DNA of 64,000 bases from an uncultured delta proteobacterium (GCA_963769935.1 CAVYNY010000030.1:64001-128000); one strand, 5' to 3'. Positions 1 to 10,860 are shown, numbered from the stretch's first letter. Program-made: numbers and translations. Notes: generated by a model not told the origin, from the letters alone.

Positions 1-683
1 CATCCGGGTTGTCTAATAGTTGTCGGCCGGTTCCCGCCAGCCGGTTGCGGCCCAATTCCAGAACATACCCCCTGTGGGAGACAGAAAGCGCTTTGCGGGC
101 GTTTTGCTCGACCAACAGAAAGGATGTACCCTCTTTGTTCATTTCCCGGATTTCCTCGAAAATAAGGTCAACAACCATGGGCGAAAGGCCGAGGGAAGGT
201 TCATCCAACAGGACAAGTTGCGGCCGCAGAAGAAGAATACGGCTAAGCGCCAGCATCTGGCGCTGGCCGCCGGAAAGTTCCCGGGCAGAACGCGTTTTCA
301 TTTCTTTTAGGGCGGGAAATTTTTCCAGTGCCTTTTCAATGCACCGGTGAAGTTTTTCATGGTCCTGCAGGAGTAAACCGGCCATTTCCAGATTTTCCAG
401 CACCGTTAGATTGGGAAAGATGTTATCACCCTGGGGGATAAAAATGAGTCCCTTGCGGCCCTTTCTTCGCAACGCCGACGCAAGTCGCGTCCTCCCCATT
501 GAACAGGACCTTTCCAGCGACCGGTGTAATCTGACCTGCAACTGTCCTCAACACGGTGGATTTCCCCGCCCCGTTGGGACCGATTAAACAAACTATCTCC
601 CCTCTATCAACGTAAAGATCGACATCGTACAAGACGGTAAGGGGCCCGTACCCGGCGGTGATCTTGCTCAGCTCAAGCAGCAT
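1..683 (-). CDS. livF: Branched-chain amino acid ABC transporter ATP-binding protein (LivF-like); frameshifted near 460; 3' end runs off the window
   Basis: MLLELSKITAGYG..., Walker A GPNGAGKST. After removing one base near 460 the frame continues LIFIPQGDNIFPNLTVLENLEM...LSGGQRQMLALSR...LLDEPSLGLSP...LLVEQNARKAL. Confidence 0.85.
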
Positions 684-1440
684 GGTCTTCGCTTCCCAAA
701 TACGCTTCAATAACCCGGGAGTTTTGTCTGGCTTCAGAAGGTGTGCCGGAAAATATAAGGCTTCCGGAGTCCATTACGAAAACCTTTTCGCAAATTTCCG
801 CCACCAGCGGCATGTTATGTTCGATCATAAAAACCTGGATTCCTCTGCGGACGAGTTCCCTGATGACCTCCACCAGCTGCCGGATCAGAGTCGGATTGAT
901 CCCGGCCGTAGGCTCATCAAGCAGGATCATTTTGGGTTCGGCCATGAGCACCCTGCCCAGCTCAAGGAGCTTCTGCTGGCCAAAGCTCAACCGACCGGCG
1001 AGTCGTTGGTCGAGGTGGTTAAGCTTTAAAAGCTCCAGGATTTGCAAAGCCCTTTCTCTATTCCGGCGCTCCTGCAAATTCACCCGGCGCGGTTGGAAAA
1101 AAACAGAAGCGATGTGTTCGCCGGTCTGCCCGGGGGATGCCGCCATCAAATTCTCCAGCGCGGATAAAAAAGGTAGAACTCGGGTTTGCTGGAATGTACG
1201 GACCAGCCCTCGTCGGCTGATGACATACGGAGCCAGCCCACTGATCCGCTTGTTGTTAAAATGGATTTTTCCCCTGTCCAGCTTGTAAAAACCTGTGATC
1301 AGATGAAACAGGGTTGTCTTCCCGCTGCCGTTGGGACCTACCAATCCCGTAATGCCTGTATCATCGAGCTGAAAGGTAACAGCCATGGACTGCCGTCAGG
1401 CCGCCGAAACTTTTTGTGGCTTCGTCTATCTTTGAAGCAT
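673..1440 (-). CDS. livG: Branched-chain amino acid ABC transporter ATP-binding protein (LivG-like); 5' region has indels
   Basis: GPNGSGKTT, RTFQQTR, LSFGQQK, LLDEPTAG, IEHNM, EAYLG. The typical N-terminus (IDEATKSFGGLTAVHG) lies in another frame at about 1385-1430, with an ATG at 1440. Confidence 0.85.
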
Positions 1441-1443
1441 CGT

Positions 1444-2316
1444 TTACGCCTTATATTCGGGTAAAAGTCCTTCCGGCCGCTTGAGCATGAGTAGGATGAG
1501 ACTGCGCCATATACCATCCCCTGAATCGGGGCCACAAATCGAGCAAAATCTGCGGGGATCGGAAGAAACCGGAGAATTTCCTGAAAGAAAACGACGACAA
1601 ATGCGCCCAGAATCGGACCCCAATGCGTCCCTCGCCCACCCAGCACCACACAAAGCAGGACCAGGATCGTCTCGGTTAAGGGTAAAGTCGGCCGGGCTGA
1701 TGTAGGAAATATAATGGGCCCAGAGGCTTCCAGCCAGTCCTGCCAGAATTGAACCGGCGGCCACGGCCCGGATTTTAAAAGACAGGGTATTTTTGCCAAG
1801 GGCCTGGGCGACATATTCATCCTCCCGGATCACCTTGAGGGCCCGCCCGAAAGGGGACCGGGTAAGGCGGCGGGCCACAAGGAAAACCAGCAGGGTCAGC
1901 AGCGTGCAAAATATCAAAAAGCGGGGAAGTCCGGCGACACCCTCACCAATCCAGGCTGGGCGGGAAATTCCGGGAAGTCCCATGGGGCCTTTTGTGAGCC
2001 ACCGTTCGTTGAGGAAAAAGAGCCTGATAATTTCACCAAAGGAAAGGGTGGCAATGCCGAAGTAATCCCCCGACAGCCGGAGCGCCGGTATTGCCAGCAG
2101 GGCACCCACCGCCCCGGAAAGGACCATGCCGCAGACCATTGCCAGGGAGACCGGATAGCCGGCAAGACTCAGCAAGGCAGACGTGTACGCGCCGATACCA
2201 AAAAAAGCCACATGCCCGAAATTGTACAGCCCCGCAAACCCGAGTTCCAGGTTCAGGGATATGGCAAAAATAGCATAAATCAAGGACACGATAAAAATAT
2301 GAAGCAAATAGTCCAT
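1444..2316 (-). CDS. livM: Branched-chain amino acid ABC permease (LivM-like); two compensating indels near 1677 and 1500
   Basis: GFAGLYNFGHVAFFGIGAY, LRLSGDYFGIATL, SPFGRALKVIREDE. The segment ETILVLLCVVLGGRGTHWGPILGA is in the alternate frame (ORF 1338..1820). Confidence 0.85.
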   Translation of the reverse strand: MDYLLHIFIVSLIYAIFAISLNLELGFAGLYNFGHVAFFGIGAYTSALLSLAGYPVSLAMVCGMVLSGAVGALLAIPALRLSGDYFGIATLSFGEIIRLFFLNERWLTKGPMGLPGISRPAWIGEGVAGLPRFLIFCTLLTLLVFLVARRLTRSPFGRALKVIREDEYVAQALGKNTLSFKIRAVAAGSILAGLAGSLWAHYISYISPADFTLNRDDPGPALCGAGWARDALGSDSGRICRRFLSGNSPVSSDPRRFCSICGPDSGDGIWRSLILLMLKRPEGLLPEYKA

Positions 2317-2319
2317 CGA

Positions 2320-3193
2320 CTAACGGACCCCTCCCAATATTCCAAAAATTCCCCTGGGACGATAAAGAAGCATCAGAATAATCAGGGCAAAGGAGACAAA
2401 GTCCTTGTAACCCGGAGAGATAAACGCCACGCTAAAATTTTCAGCAACACCGATAACGAGGCCGCCCAACAGTGCGCCCCACACATTGCCGGCCCCGCCC
2501 AACAGGACGGCGGCAAAGGTCTTGATCAGGTTGGTCAGACCCATCATGGGCTCCAGGTTGGTGTCCACCGCCAGCAGGATCCCTCCGGCGGCTGAAAATA
2601 AAGACGCCAGGACCCATACCGCCGCACTCACCTTTTTAATGCTGATACCCATAATCTGCGCCAGGGCCATATTGTCGGCAACCGCCCGGAGGCTTTTCCC
2701 CAGCATTGTGTGTGATAGGATGACATACAGGGTTGCCAGAAATAAAATGGCGGCTGCCACCATTGTTATTTGCGCAGATGTAATGCTCAGCCCGGCGAAT
2801 TCCATGCCTCGGGTCGGCATCAACCCGTACGTCTGTAAATCCGAACCCCAGATAAGCCTGATGGAATTTCTCAGAAAGTAGGAAAGCCCGATGGAGGCAA
2901 TCAGAAGCGTAATTCGATTGCCGTGCCTCAGGGGTGCGAACACAAACCGGTCCTGGGCCAGACCGATCAGGGCGGTAATCACCAGGGCCGGCAGGGCCGC
3001 GAGATAGATGGGCAAAGAAAAGGGTGACCGGGTGAAAAAAAGGAACCAGGTAGGCCCCCCAGGCAATGAGTTCTCCGTGGGCGAAGTTTATAAACCGAAA
3101 AACCCCATACACCATGGTGAGGCCCACCGCAAAGAGGGCATAAATGGAGCCGGCGATGATGCCGTTTAAAATAAGCTGCGCATAATATTCCAT
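2320..3193 (-). CDS. livH: Branched-chain amino acid ABC permease (LivH-like); frameshift near 3048
   Basis: N-terminus LNGIIAGSIYALFAVGLTMVYGVFRFINFAHGE (ORF 2636..3193) joins C-terminus GKSLRAVADN...AAVLLGGAG...RPRGIFG (ORF 2320..3066). Confidence 0.85.
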
Positions 3194-3203
3194 GACCGGA
3201 AAG

Positions 3204-4315
3204 TTATTTGTAATCGGTGATCTTGCCGTCTTTCACGGTCCAGCGGCCGTAGGCGGCACCGACATCGCCGTTTTCATCGAAGGTTTTGTCGCCCGTGGCC
3301 CCCACATACCCTTTGCTGGCTGTTATCAACACGCTGCGAATGTCGGACGAAGACATTGATTTGGCCTGTTTGAGGGCTGCAGCCGTCAGCTTGACCATAT
3401 CATAATTGTATTCGCCGAAGATCGGGGTTTTTTGGCCCGGATATTTTTTTCCCACCCATCTTTAAAGGCTTTATACTGGCTGGTTTGCTGCGAAAATGTG
3501 GGGTAGGTCCCGATGACGCCTTCGGCCGCCACTCCGGCCAACTCCACCAGCTTGGGCGATTTGGCGGCCGAACCCATGAGCCATTGGACCTCAACTTTGG
3601 ACTCATAGGCCTGTTTGAGCATGATTGCGCCTTCCTTGATGTAGGTCAGGTTGACCACCGCGCGGGGTGAGTCCTTTTTAATGCGCAAAATTTCACTGCG
3701 GTAGTCCGTTTTGCCTTCATCATAGGCAAATTCGTCAATTAATTTGCCGCCTCTTTTCAGAAAATTATCTTTAAACACCTCGGCCAGACCCACTCCCCAG
3801 TCGTTATTGATGTAAGTCAGCACGACTTCCTTATAGTTCAGAAACTCGGTCAGTTCAGCCACCCCTTTGCCCTGGAGAAGATCCGAGGGAAAAACTCTAA
3901 AGACATAGGACCCGCATTGGCTGATGGATGCGGCGGCACTTTCGGCGCCAATCAGGATGGTCTCATTTTGCTGGGCAATCGGGCAGACGGCCAGAAAGTT
4001 GGAACTGGCGGCCGGACCGAAAATAACCGGGAATTTATCGATGGTTATCAGTTTCTGAATGGCCGAAACCGAACCTTTGGAGGTGGAGTTATTATCTTCA
4101 AAGACGATTTTCATGGGGTTGCCGTTAATTCCTCCCGCGGCATTGACCTCATCCAGCGCCAGCAGCATGGCCTTCTGAAATCCCTCACCATAAACAGCCA
4201 GCTTGCCGGTGAGCGGGGTCACGGCACCTACCGTTATCTCGTCAGCGGCCGACACAGGCCATCCAAAGCATAAGAGCGAAACGGCAACGATCAACATGAC
4301 AATGATCTTTTTCAC
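3204..4315 (-). CDS. ABC transporter substrate-binding protein, LivJ/LivK (Peripla_BP_6) family; frameshift in the A7 run near 3447
   Basis: Signal peptide, VGAVTPLTGKLAVYG, VNAAGGING. C-terminus YNYDMV...GATGDKTFDENGD is in ORF 3204..3455. Confidence 0.85.
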
Positions 4316-4354
4316 GGGGGCCTCCTTTCTTTTTCACTGGGGCTTTTTTTACTG

Positions 4355-4795
4355 TTATGGCTTTTGGTTGCCTTTCTGAATAAATTTTTTCATGGTCAGC
4401 TTATTTTTGCCCTGCGTTCTTTCATAGGCAATATTATCTATCAATTTTCTGATAATGAGAATTCCAAGCCCTCCGATATTGGCGCTTTCAACATTAGCGG
4501 GAAAATCCGGATCTATTTTTTCAAGGGGATTAAAAGGTATGCCATCGTCTTCAATGTTAATAACCAGGAACTGGTTATCTGCAGCCTGGACGGTAAATTT
4601 AACGATATGCTCCAAATCGTCTTTAAAGCCGTATGAGACTATATTTGTAAACAGTTCATCCAGGCAGATATTTATCCGTAATATGGAATCGGCCTGGAGC
4701 CCGGCATCTCTTCCCCAGTGATTTAAATACCGGTTTAAGTTTTTTAGCTCGGATAGATCATTTTTTAGCTCAAATTTATATTTTTGCGCTGCCAT
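4355..4795 (-). CDS. Anti-sigma regulatory factor / Ser kinase, RsbW-like (HATPase_c_2)
   Basis: ICLDELFTNIVSYG, IEDDGIPFNPL, IGGLGILIIRKL, GKNKL motifs. Confidence 0.85.
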   Translation of the reverse strand: MAAQKYKFELKNDLSELKNLNRYLNHWGRDAGLQADSILRINICLDELFTNIVSYGFKDDLEHIVKFTVQAADNQFLVINIEDDGIPFNPLEKIDPDFPANVESANIGGLGILIIRKLIDNIAYERTQGKNKLTMKKFIQKGNQKP

Positions 4796-5011
4796 AAACG
4801 GCCTTTTCTGCGGTTGGTTGCTGCCTGTCAGCCACATCGGCAATGGTCGACATCTATTGGTGATACCGTTCAGTTCAAACTAAAAAGCCTTCAAAGCATC
4901 TTCCATGGTGTCAAGGACAGGTTGCCTGCTCTATACACCAAGGTCATTCCGATTAGGTCCGCCCTGCGCGGATAACACCTGTCCCTATTTTTAATCCGTT
5001 TGGACTCGTAT

Positions 5012-5383
5012 TTATTCTGAACCGTCCAGCAGTTTCTTAATGCAGGCTTTCAGATCCGCTATTTTTACCGGCTTTGGGAAAAAATCATCCACGTGTTCTC
5101 GGAACGCTTCGATGGAGGCATCCATACTTGCAAAAGCGGTAATCATTATGACATTGACTTTGGGCAATTCCTTTTTGATGATTCTCAGTACCTCCATGCC
5201 GTCAATATCCTTCATTTTCAGATCCGTAATGACGACGTCAAACTTTTCTTCCTTTAATCTTGCAAGCGCCGGTTTTGCATCCAGGAAAGTCTCCACGGCA
5301 TAACCATCCTGTTCAAAAACAGTTTTGATCATCTTGCCGACAATGTTTTCGTCATCGATCACCATGATTCTATATTGATTCAT
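5012..5383 (-). CDS. Single-domain response regulator (receiver only)
   Basis: IMVIDDE, VVITDLKM (phospho-Asp), MITAFA, FFPKP; GGAGG RBS upstream. Confidence 0.9.
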   Translation of the reverse strand: MNQYRIMVIDDENIVGKMIKTVFEQDGYAVETFLDAKPALARLKEEKFDVVITDLKMKDIDGMEVLRIIKKELPKVNVIMITAFASMDASIEAFREHVDDFFPKPVKIADLKACIKKLLDGSE

Positions 5384-6788
5384 CTCCATCCTCCCTTCCC
5401 GTGTAAATAGGTAATTCTATAACAAAAGTTGTACCGACTCCCACCTCGCTCCTTACGTCCATCTTCCCATTATGTCTTCGTACAATACCATAACTGATAG
5501 ACAGACCCAATCCCGTACCCTCCACACCCTTGGTGCTGAAAAAGGGGTCAAAGATATAAGAAATAAACTCTTGGGGAATTCCTTTGCCGGTATCTTCGAC
5601 TTCTATGATGATATTGCCTTGATTTTTTGCAAGCTTGGTACGAATGGAAACGGTCCCTCCCGAGGGCATGGCATAAACGGCGTTGCTTAGTAAATTAACC
5701 AGTACTTCCCGGATTTTGTCCTCATCGACAAAAACCGCGGGAAGGTCTTCTTTAAGATCCAGTTGACTTTTGATTCCTGAAATATCAAGCGTATTTTGGA
5801 CCAGTTTAAGAGAATTTTTTATGACGTTATTGATATTGGCAACTTTGAAATCAGCTTTCTTGGGTCTTGAAAAGTCAAGCAGATCCTGAACAATCTTTTT
5901 GATTCTTTCGCTTTCCGCCAGCACCGTTGTCATATACTCTATCCTGTCTTCGTTGCGGAGACGATCATAGAGTTCTAAATAAGTCTGGGCCACCATCGAT
6001 ATGTTATTGAGCGGGTTGCCAAGCTCGTGGGCCACGCCGGAGGTGAGAATGCCTAAAGATGCCAGTTTCTTGGATTGGATAAGCTGCTCATGGCGAGTCT
6101 CGAGTTCTTCACACATCGTGTTGATAGCCTTCATGACGGAGCCCAGTTCATTGTCGGGTATGTTCCCTTCTATTTTCATGAAGTTTCCCGCCGATATGAC
6201 ACTGGCCGTTTTTTCTATGCGGCGAAGATTTTTGAACATTCTTGAAAAAAATAAATAGGAGCTCGTTATGGCGACAAAAATGATGACGCAGAAAAAAGCC
6301 AGTAATGTCTTTTTTGAAGCAGATAGAATTTCATTAATCGATTTTCTCTCAAGGCTGATCATATTCTCAGAAAACAGCCTCAATTTCCGCCCGGACTCCC
6401 GCACCTTCGCTTGCATATCCGCCGCCGTTTGATTATTCTTCCCTAACTTATCAATTTCTTGCTCATATTCCTTGAGATATGATGTAAATTTCTTCCAGTT
6501 TTTCTCGCCGATGGCCCTGAGTATATCCGGGCTCAGGCTTTCAACCGTACCATGGCTTTCCTTCAACTCACTTTTTATCGATGAAAGTTCAGAGGGATCT
6601 TTATAGAGAAAATAATTCTTTTCTGAAAGCCTCATCGTTAGAAAAGAGGCGTTAAGACTGTCGGCTATTTCAGCAAAACGCAACTTGGCAAGAATAAGAT
6701 CGATTTCATGATATGAAAAAGCTGCTATCAGGATGATAGAGATAATGCCAAGGGCATTACCGAGTGTGATTTTATGCACCAGCCTCAT
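5370..6788 (-). CDS. Membrane sensor histidine kinase (2 TM, HAMP, HisKA, HATPase)
   Basis: SGVAHELGNPL H-box, NLLSNA, DTGKGI, FDPFFSTK, GTGLGLS. Confidence 0.93.
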   Translation of the reverse strand: MRLVHKITLGNALGIISIILIAAFSYHEIDLILAKLRFAEIADSLNASFLTMRLSEKNYFLYKDPSELSSIKSELKESHGTVESLSPDILRAIGEKNWKKFTSYLKEYEQEIDKLGKNNQTAADMQAKVRESGRKLRLFSENMISLERKSINEILSASKKTLLAFFCVIIFVAITSSYLFFSRMFKNLRRIEKTASVISAGNFMKIEGNIPDNELGSVMKAINTMCEELETRHEQLIQSKKLASLGILTSGVAHELGNPLNNISMVAQTYLELYDRLRNEDRIEYMTTVLAESERIKKIVQDLLDFSRPKKADFKVANINNVIKNSLKLVQNTLDISGIKSQLDLKEDLPAVFVDEDKIREVLVNLLSNAVYAMPSGGTVSIRTKLAKNQGNIIIEVEDTGKGIPQEFISYIFDPFFSTKGVEGTGLGLSISYGIVRRHNGKMDVRSEVGVGTTFVIELPIYTGREDGDESI

Positions 6789-6798
6789 AATTGCTTCG

Positions 6799-7596
6799 CT
6801 AATACACGGGGATTACATTGACCCTGACCTCTTCTACGCCCGGCATTTCCTGCAGGATTGCGCGGATATCGTCCGCCAGGGCTTCTTCCTGGGCCAGACT
6901 GCGCTTGATGTGGACGACAACCGTATGGTCCTCGACCGAGACCTCAACATCGGAGTAAAAGTTCATCAAATCCGATTTTACCCTGGCGGCCAAACATTCG
7001 TTCGCAAGAATTCTGCGCGACTCGGCAGTCGTTTGAAAAGAAGGCAGTCTCACCGTGGCCAGAATTTTATCAACGGCATCATCGATGGACAGTCTCCCGA
7101 TGACCAGGCCAAGATCATACAAGCTCAGCTCCCAGGGGTCCTTGCCATGGAAATACATTGCCCACTTTTTGCGTTCCTTATCAAACTTCTTAATGGTTTT
7201 CAGCGCCGCTGTCTTCGAGACATTTTCCCTTTCCATGATGAGCTTCACCCGCTCCTCGGTAGTGGCGGAAATCAGGACTTTGAGGATATTCGGAATTCCT
7301 TCAAGCAGAAATTGTCCCGCCAGCCCATGATAGACCACATTATCTTTGGCGGCATATTCCAACAGGGCAGCACGGATATAAGCGACGTACTTCTTTTTGC
7401 CATAGCTGAATCGGTCACGCAGAGTAGGGGCGTTTTCAACAGCCTTCTTCAACCAATTTTCCGGAACATCGAATTCCTGGGAGGCAAGATTGATAATTTC
7501 GTCAGAAATACAATCATAATTCAGCTCGCGCGCCACGCTCTCCGCGATCTGCTTGCCATGGCTATAAGAAGCTCTGGCGACAGCAATGATAGACAT
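6799..7596 (-). CDS. Cytidylate-kinase-like family protein with probable C-terminal BON-like domain
   Basis: IIAVARASYSHGKQIAESVARELNY, NVVYHGLAG, DKERKKW, YDLGL; AGGAGG RBS. Confidence 0.75.
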   Translation of the reverse strand: MSIIAVARASYSHGKQIAESVARELNYDCISDEIINLASQEFDVPENWLKKAVENAPTLRDRFSYGKKKYVAYIRAALLEYAAKDNVVYHGLAGQFLLEGIPNILKVLISATTEERVKLIMERENVSKTAALKTIKKFDKERKKWAMYFHGKDPWELSLYDLGLVIGRLSIDDAVDKILATVRLPSFQTTAESRRILANECLAARVKSDLMNFYSDVEVSVEDHTVVVHIKRSLAQEEALADDIRAILQEMPGVEEVRVNVIPVY

Positions 7597-7694
7597 ACCA
7601 ACCTCCTGTTTATACAATTATCGGAGAAGTGAAAGACTCCAGGCGGCCCTTGCAATTCACCCAAGCCCGGAGGGCTTTCCAATGTCGATGCGAT

Positions 7695-8114
7695 CTAACC
7701 TACGGAAATCAACCCCAACACTCCGATCAGTACAATCACCCCGGCAATACACGCCAGCGAGCCGTATATCCAGTCGCGCTCCTTGAAAAGCGCCGCTGAG
7801 GATAGAAAAAGTGCCGGCACCACTGAAAAAACAGCCAGAGCAATCCCTAGGGCACACAAACCATCGCCGGTTGTCAGATGAGAAAGGTACCAGTGCCCCA
7901 TGGGCAGCGAACCCGTGGCGCCTTGCCAAATTTGAGAGACGGACTCACCCTGCCATACCGTGGACAACCAGTAAGAGACCGGCACAAAGTTGTCTCCCAA
8001 AAAAGCCAACACCGATCCGACAATTACAATGAGAGAGCCCGTTAACACGCCCCAATAAACGATCCCGCCGTATATTACTCCGGCAAGCGGCGGCTTCAGT
8101 TGGTCCTTTTGCAT
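7695..8114 (-). CDS. Small membrane protein (DUF1634-like) associated with TSUP
   Basis: 139 aa with about 3 hydrophobic helices, directly downstream of the TauE-family gene. Confidence 0.6.
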   Translation of the reverse strand: MQKDQLKPPLAGVIYGGIVYWGVLTGSLIVIVGSVLAFLGDNFVPVSYWLSTVWQGESVSQIWQGATGSLPMGHWYLSHLTTGDGLCALGIALAVFSVVPALFLSSAALFKERDWIYGSLACIAGVIVLIGVLGLISVG

Positions 8115-8123
8115 AACTCGCTC

Positions 8124-9218
8124 CTACAAAATGGGTATATGTATCCCGAAGGCTCCTTCCAGTCCGCGCGCGATCAGCTTAACCGATGAAACCAGGAGGA
8201 TAATAATCAGAACTTTTCGCACAAAACCGGCCCTGATCCTGATTAAAAGGTGTGCTCCCAGGATTCCACCGACGACGTGTCCCAGCATCCATGGAGCGGC
8301 AAGAATGGAAATGAGGGCTCCATATGTTAGGTAGGTCCAGATAGCCGTCGCGTCGCTTATGGCCAGCAGGACGCCGCTGGATGCCGCCGCAACCTTGACC
8401 GGCGCCAACATGACAAGGTTCAGGGTTCCGGTGAGAAATGCACCTCCTCCCATCCCGAAGAAGCCACCGATAAAACCAAGAAGGATAAACAGAAATCCTC
8501 CCAGCAGGGCCTTTACCATCTGGTACTCGACCACCTGCCCCAGTGATTCTTCCCAATAGGAACCGCTTAGTCCCAGTTTGAGGGAAAACCGATCGATGAA
8601 TTTAGGTTCAGGATATTCGGTTTTGCCCCCGCCGGTGAATAGAAAATAAGCGATGACAAGCATCAGAATCCCAAGCGAAAGGCGAACCGCGCCGTCACCC
8701 TTGGCTCCCAAAGCGTCATGCAAGTAAATGGCGCTGACGCTGCCGGTGAGAGCTCCGATAGTGATGGGGACCGCGCAATAAAAGGTGACTCTTAAGTTGG
8801 CCAGTTTCGTCTTCATAAAGGGTCCGGATGAAATCAAACCGCCGAACATGGCCACTACCAGGCCGGTAGCCCTTACTACCAGGCTGTCTATGGAAGTAAA
8901 GCCCAGCATGATCGGCGTAAACATTACTCCGCCGCCGATGCCGGCGATGACCGCGATAATGGCTATGACCGTACTGATCAAAAAAGATCCGATGATGATC
9001 AGCCACATGGCTAACGGCGAGAGGACCTGCGTCGCGTGTACCTTTGAAAATACCGCCATCACAATGTAACCGCAGGTAATTAGAATGATAAGTATGGTCA
9101 ACTCCGGAACCTTGAGGGCGAGGGCCTGCAGTATCCCCTTCCTTTTGGTTCTCTTTCTATGCACCCCGCTGGATTCATAACTTTGTGCAACATCAGATTG
9201 CCCCTGTCTATGTTCCAT
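8124..9218 (-). CDS. Sulfite exporter TauE/SafE (TSUP) family membrane protein
   Basis: Repeated Gly-rich motifs AGIGGGVMFTP and GFFGMGGGAF; polytopic hydrophobic profile. Confidence 0.85.
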   Translation of the reverse strand: MEHRQGQSDVAQSYESSGVHRKRTKRKGILQALALKVPELTILIILITCGYIVMAVFSKVHATQVLSPLAMWLIIIGSFLISTVIAIIAVIAGIGGGVMFTPIMLGFTSIDSLVVRATGLVVAMFGGLISSGPFMKTKLANLRVTFYCAVPITIGALTGSVSAIYLHDALGAKGDGAVRLSLGILMLVIAYFLFTGGGKTEYPEPKFIDRFSLKLGLSGSYWEESLGQVVEYQMVKALLGGFLFILLGFIGGFFGMGGGAFLTGTLNLVMLAPVKVAAASSGVLLAISDATAIWTYLTYGALISILAAPWMLGHVVGGILGAHLLIRIRAGFVRKVLIIILLVSSVKLIARGLEGAFGIHIPIL

Positions 9219-9412
9219 ATCACGCGACTCCCCGGTTCAGATTGGATCCCAATATATAGAAAGTGAAAAAACGGCGTTGCCGAAAAACAGGCGCACAGTC
9301 AGGCCTGTGGACAAGCAGGCGCTACGACGCCGGGAGATACGGCGAAGTCTGTCAAGCCGCCGCGGCCCTCATCATTTGTGACCTCTTTGGTCTTCTAACA
9401 CCGTAAAGGTCA

Positions 9413-10219
9413 TTAGTCCAGAGGGTTTTTCGCCTTTACACCCACCGTGATTTCCCTCACGCCCTCAATGGATTTGGCGACAACTTCGATGTCATTAACG
9501 ACGCCCCTTTCACGGGTCAACAGTGCGGCTGTATGGACTTGGACGTTGCCTTGGGAGGCAACAACATCGACGTCGGGCTCGAGATCCACAATAGCGGCTC
9601 TGACCTCGGCTGCAAGGGCCAGATCCTCCAGGTGCTGCTGTGATTCAGGGCTGGTTTTAAAACGATCCAGCGCCAGCGTTTCGCAGATGATGTGGACGGC
9701 ATCATCGGTTGTGATCTTTTTGATATGGATAAGCAGATCGTAGAGCCCGGGGTCATGGGTGTCTATTCCGTAGAGGTGGATACTCCATTTCCGGCGCTCT
9801 TCATCATCACTTTGCAGAATACGAAGCGCTTCCTTCCGGGAAATTCCCTCCCGTTGAGCTTCATTCTTAACCCGCTCATCAAGGTCGGCAATTATCCTCA
9901 CTTTAAGTACGTGAGCGACATCCTTCACAAAAAAGTGCCCCGCCAGACCGCAATAGACCACATTATCTTTGCGAAAATGCTTGAGGATTTCAGCCCGAAT
10001 GGAGGCAATATATTTCTCTTTGCGATAGCCGATTCGATCCAGAATAGACGGTGCATCATGGATCGCACGGACAAGTTTAACCTCCTCAACATTGAATTCC
10101 CTGGAAGCCTCCAGAATTACTCCCCGCGAGATACACTCGTATCCGAGCTTCTCGGCGAGTTTTTCGGCCACCTCCCTGCCTTTGCTGTAAGATCCCTGGG
10201 ATATAGTTACGATTGCCAT
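9413..10219 (-). CDS. Second cytidylate-kinase-like family protein with probable BON-like C-terminus
   Basis: MAIVTISQGSYSKGREVAEKLAEKLGYECISR, NVVYCGLAG, DEERRKW, YDLLI; clear paralogue of 6799..7596. Confidence 0.78.
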   Translation of the reverse strand: MAIVTISQGSYSKGREVAEKLAEKLGYECISRGVILEASREFNVEEVKLVRAIHDAPSILDRIGYRKEKYIASIRAEILKHFRKDNVVYCGLAGHFFVKDVAHVLKVRIIADLDERVKNEAQREGISRKEALRILQSDDEERRKWSIHLYGIDTHDPGLYDLLIHIKKITTDDAVHIICETLALDRFKTSPESQQHLEDLALAAEVRAAIVDLEPDVDVVASQGNVQVHTAALLTRERGVVNDIEVVAKSIEGVREITVGVKAKNPLD

Positions 10220-10693
10220 ATCTAAAGTCCCTCCTGTAGTTAATTGCAATTTAAGCCGCCGGTTTTCATGAAACGGACTTAAACGAATTCATCCAGAATA
10301 ATTTGCAGTATAAGTCTCCCGGATAATAAATGCAACTTCATGGTTGTTAATTGTTATGAGCCCTTGGGGATGCAGCATCAGCATGCGGGGCTGTCAGATA
10401 AACCGCGATAACGAAATCAGCCTTAGACTGACAAGTAAATCTGACGATTACCGACATCCAGGGGTATCAATCAATATTATTTTTTAAAGCGGCCTGCGAT
10501 GTCCCAGGCTGACCTATGCGATTTTTTTTGGACCAGGACAAATCCACCGATGGATTGTGTGGTCGATCAAATGTTCCGACACCGCTGCCGCTGCAACACG
10601 CTTGCGAGGAGAGCTTGAAAAAAATAAGTTCAGAGAGTTTCGGGCTAACCCGTTCTTATCATCGAGCACGGGCGCGAGCTCCTGGCCCACGGT

Positions 10694-10860
10694 ATGCCGC
10701 TGATGGGGACGACGGTCGAGGCCGCGCGGCGGCGTCGACCGATCCCTGTGACCTCCTTTGCCTTCATTCTCGGGGGGCTGCCGCTGGCCGTCGCCGAAGG
10801 TGCCGGCGCCGCTGGCCGGCAGGCGCTTCCCACGATGATGGCCTTCCCGCCCAGCAGGTA
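10694..10860 (+). pseudogene. Remnant of an RND efflux permease (AcrB/HAE1 C-terminal segment)
   Basis: EAARRRRPIPVTSFAFILGGLPLAVAEGAGAAGRQAL matches the AcrB-family motif EAARLRLRPILMTSLAFILGVLPLAIxxGAG; no other part of the gene is present. Confidence 0.75.

Noticed and set aside
1..4315. Programmed frameshifting or phase variation of the liv operon
   Set aside because: Runs are short and indels affect every gene, including compensating pairs; sequencing error is the simpler explanation.
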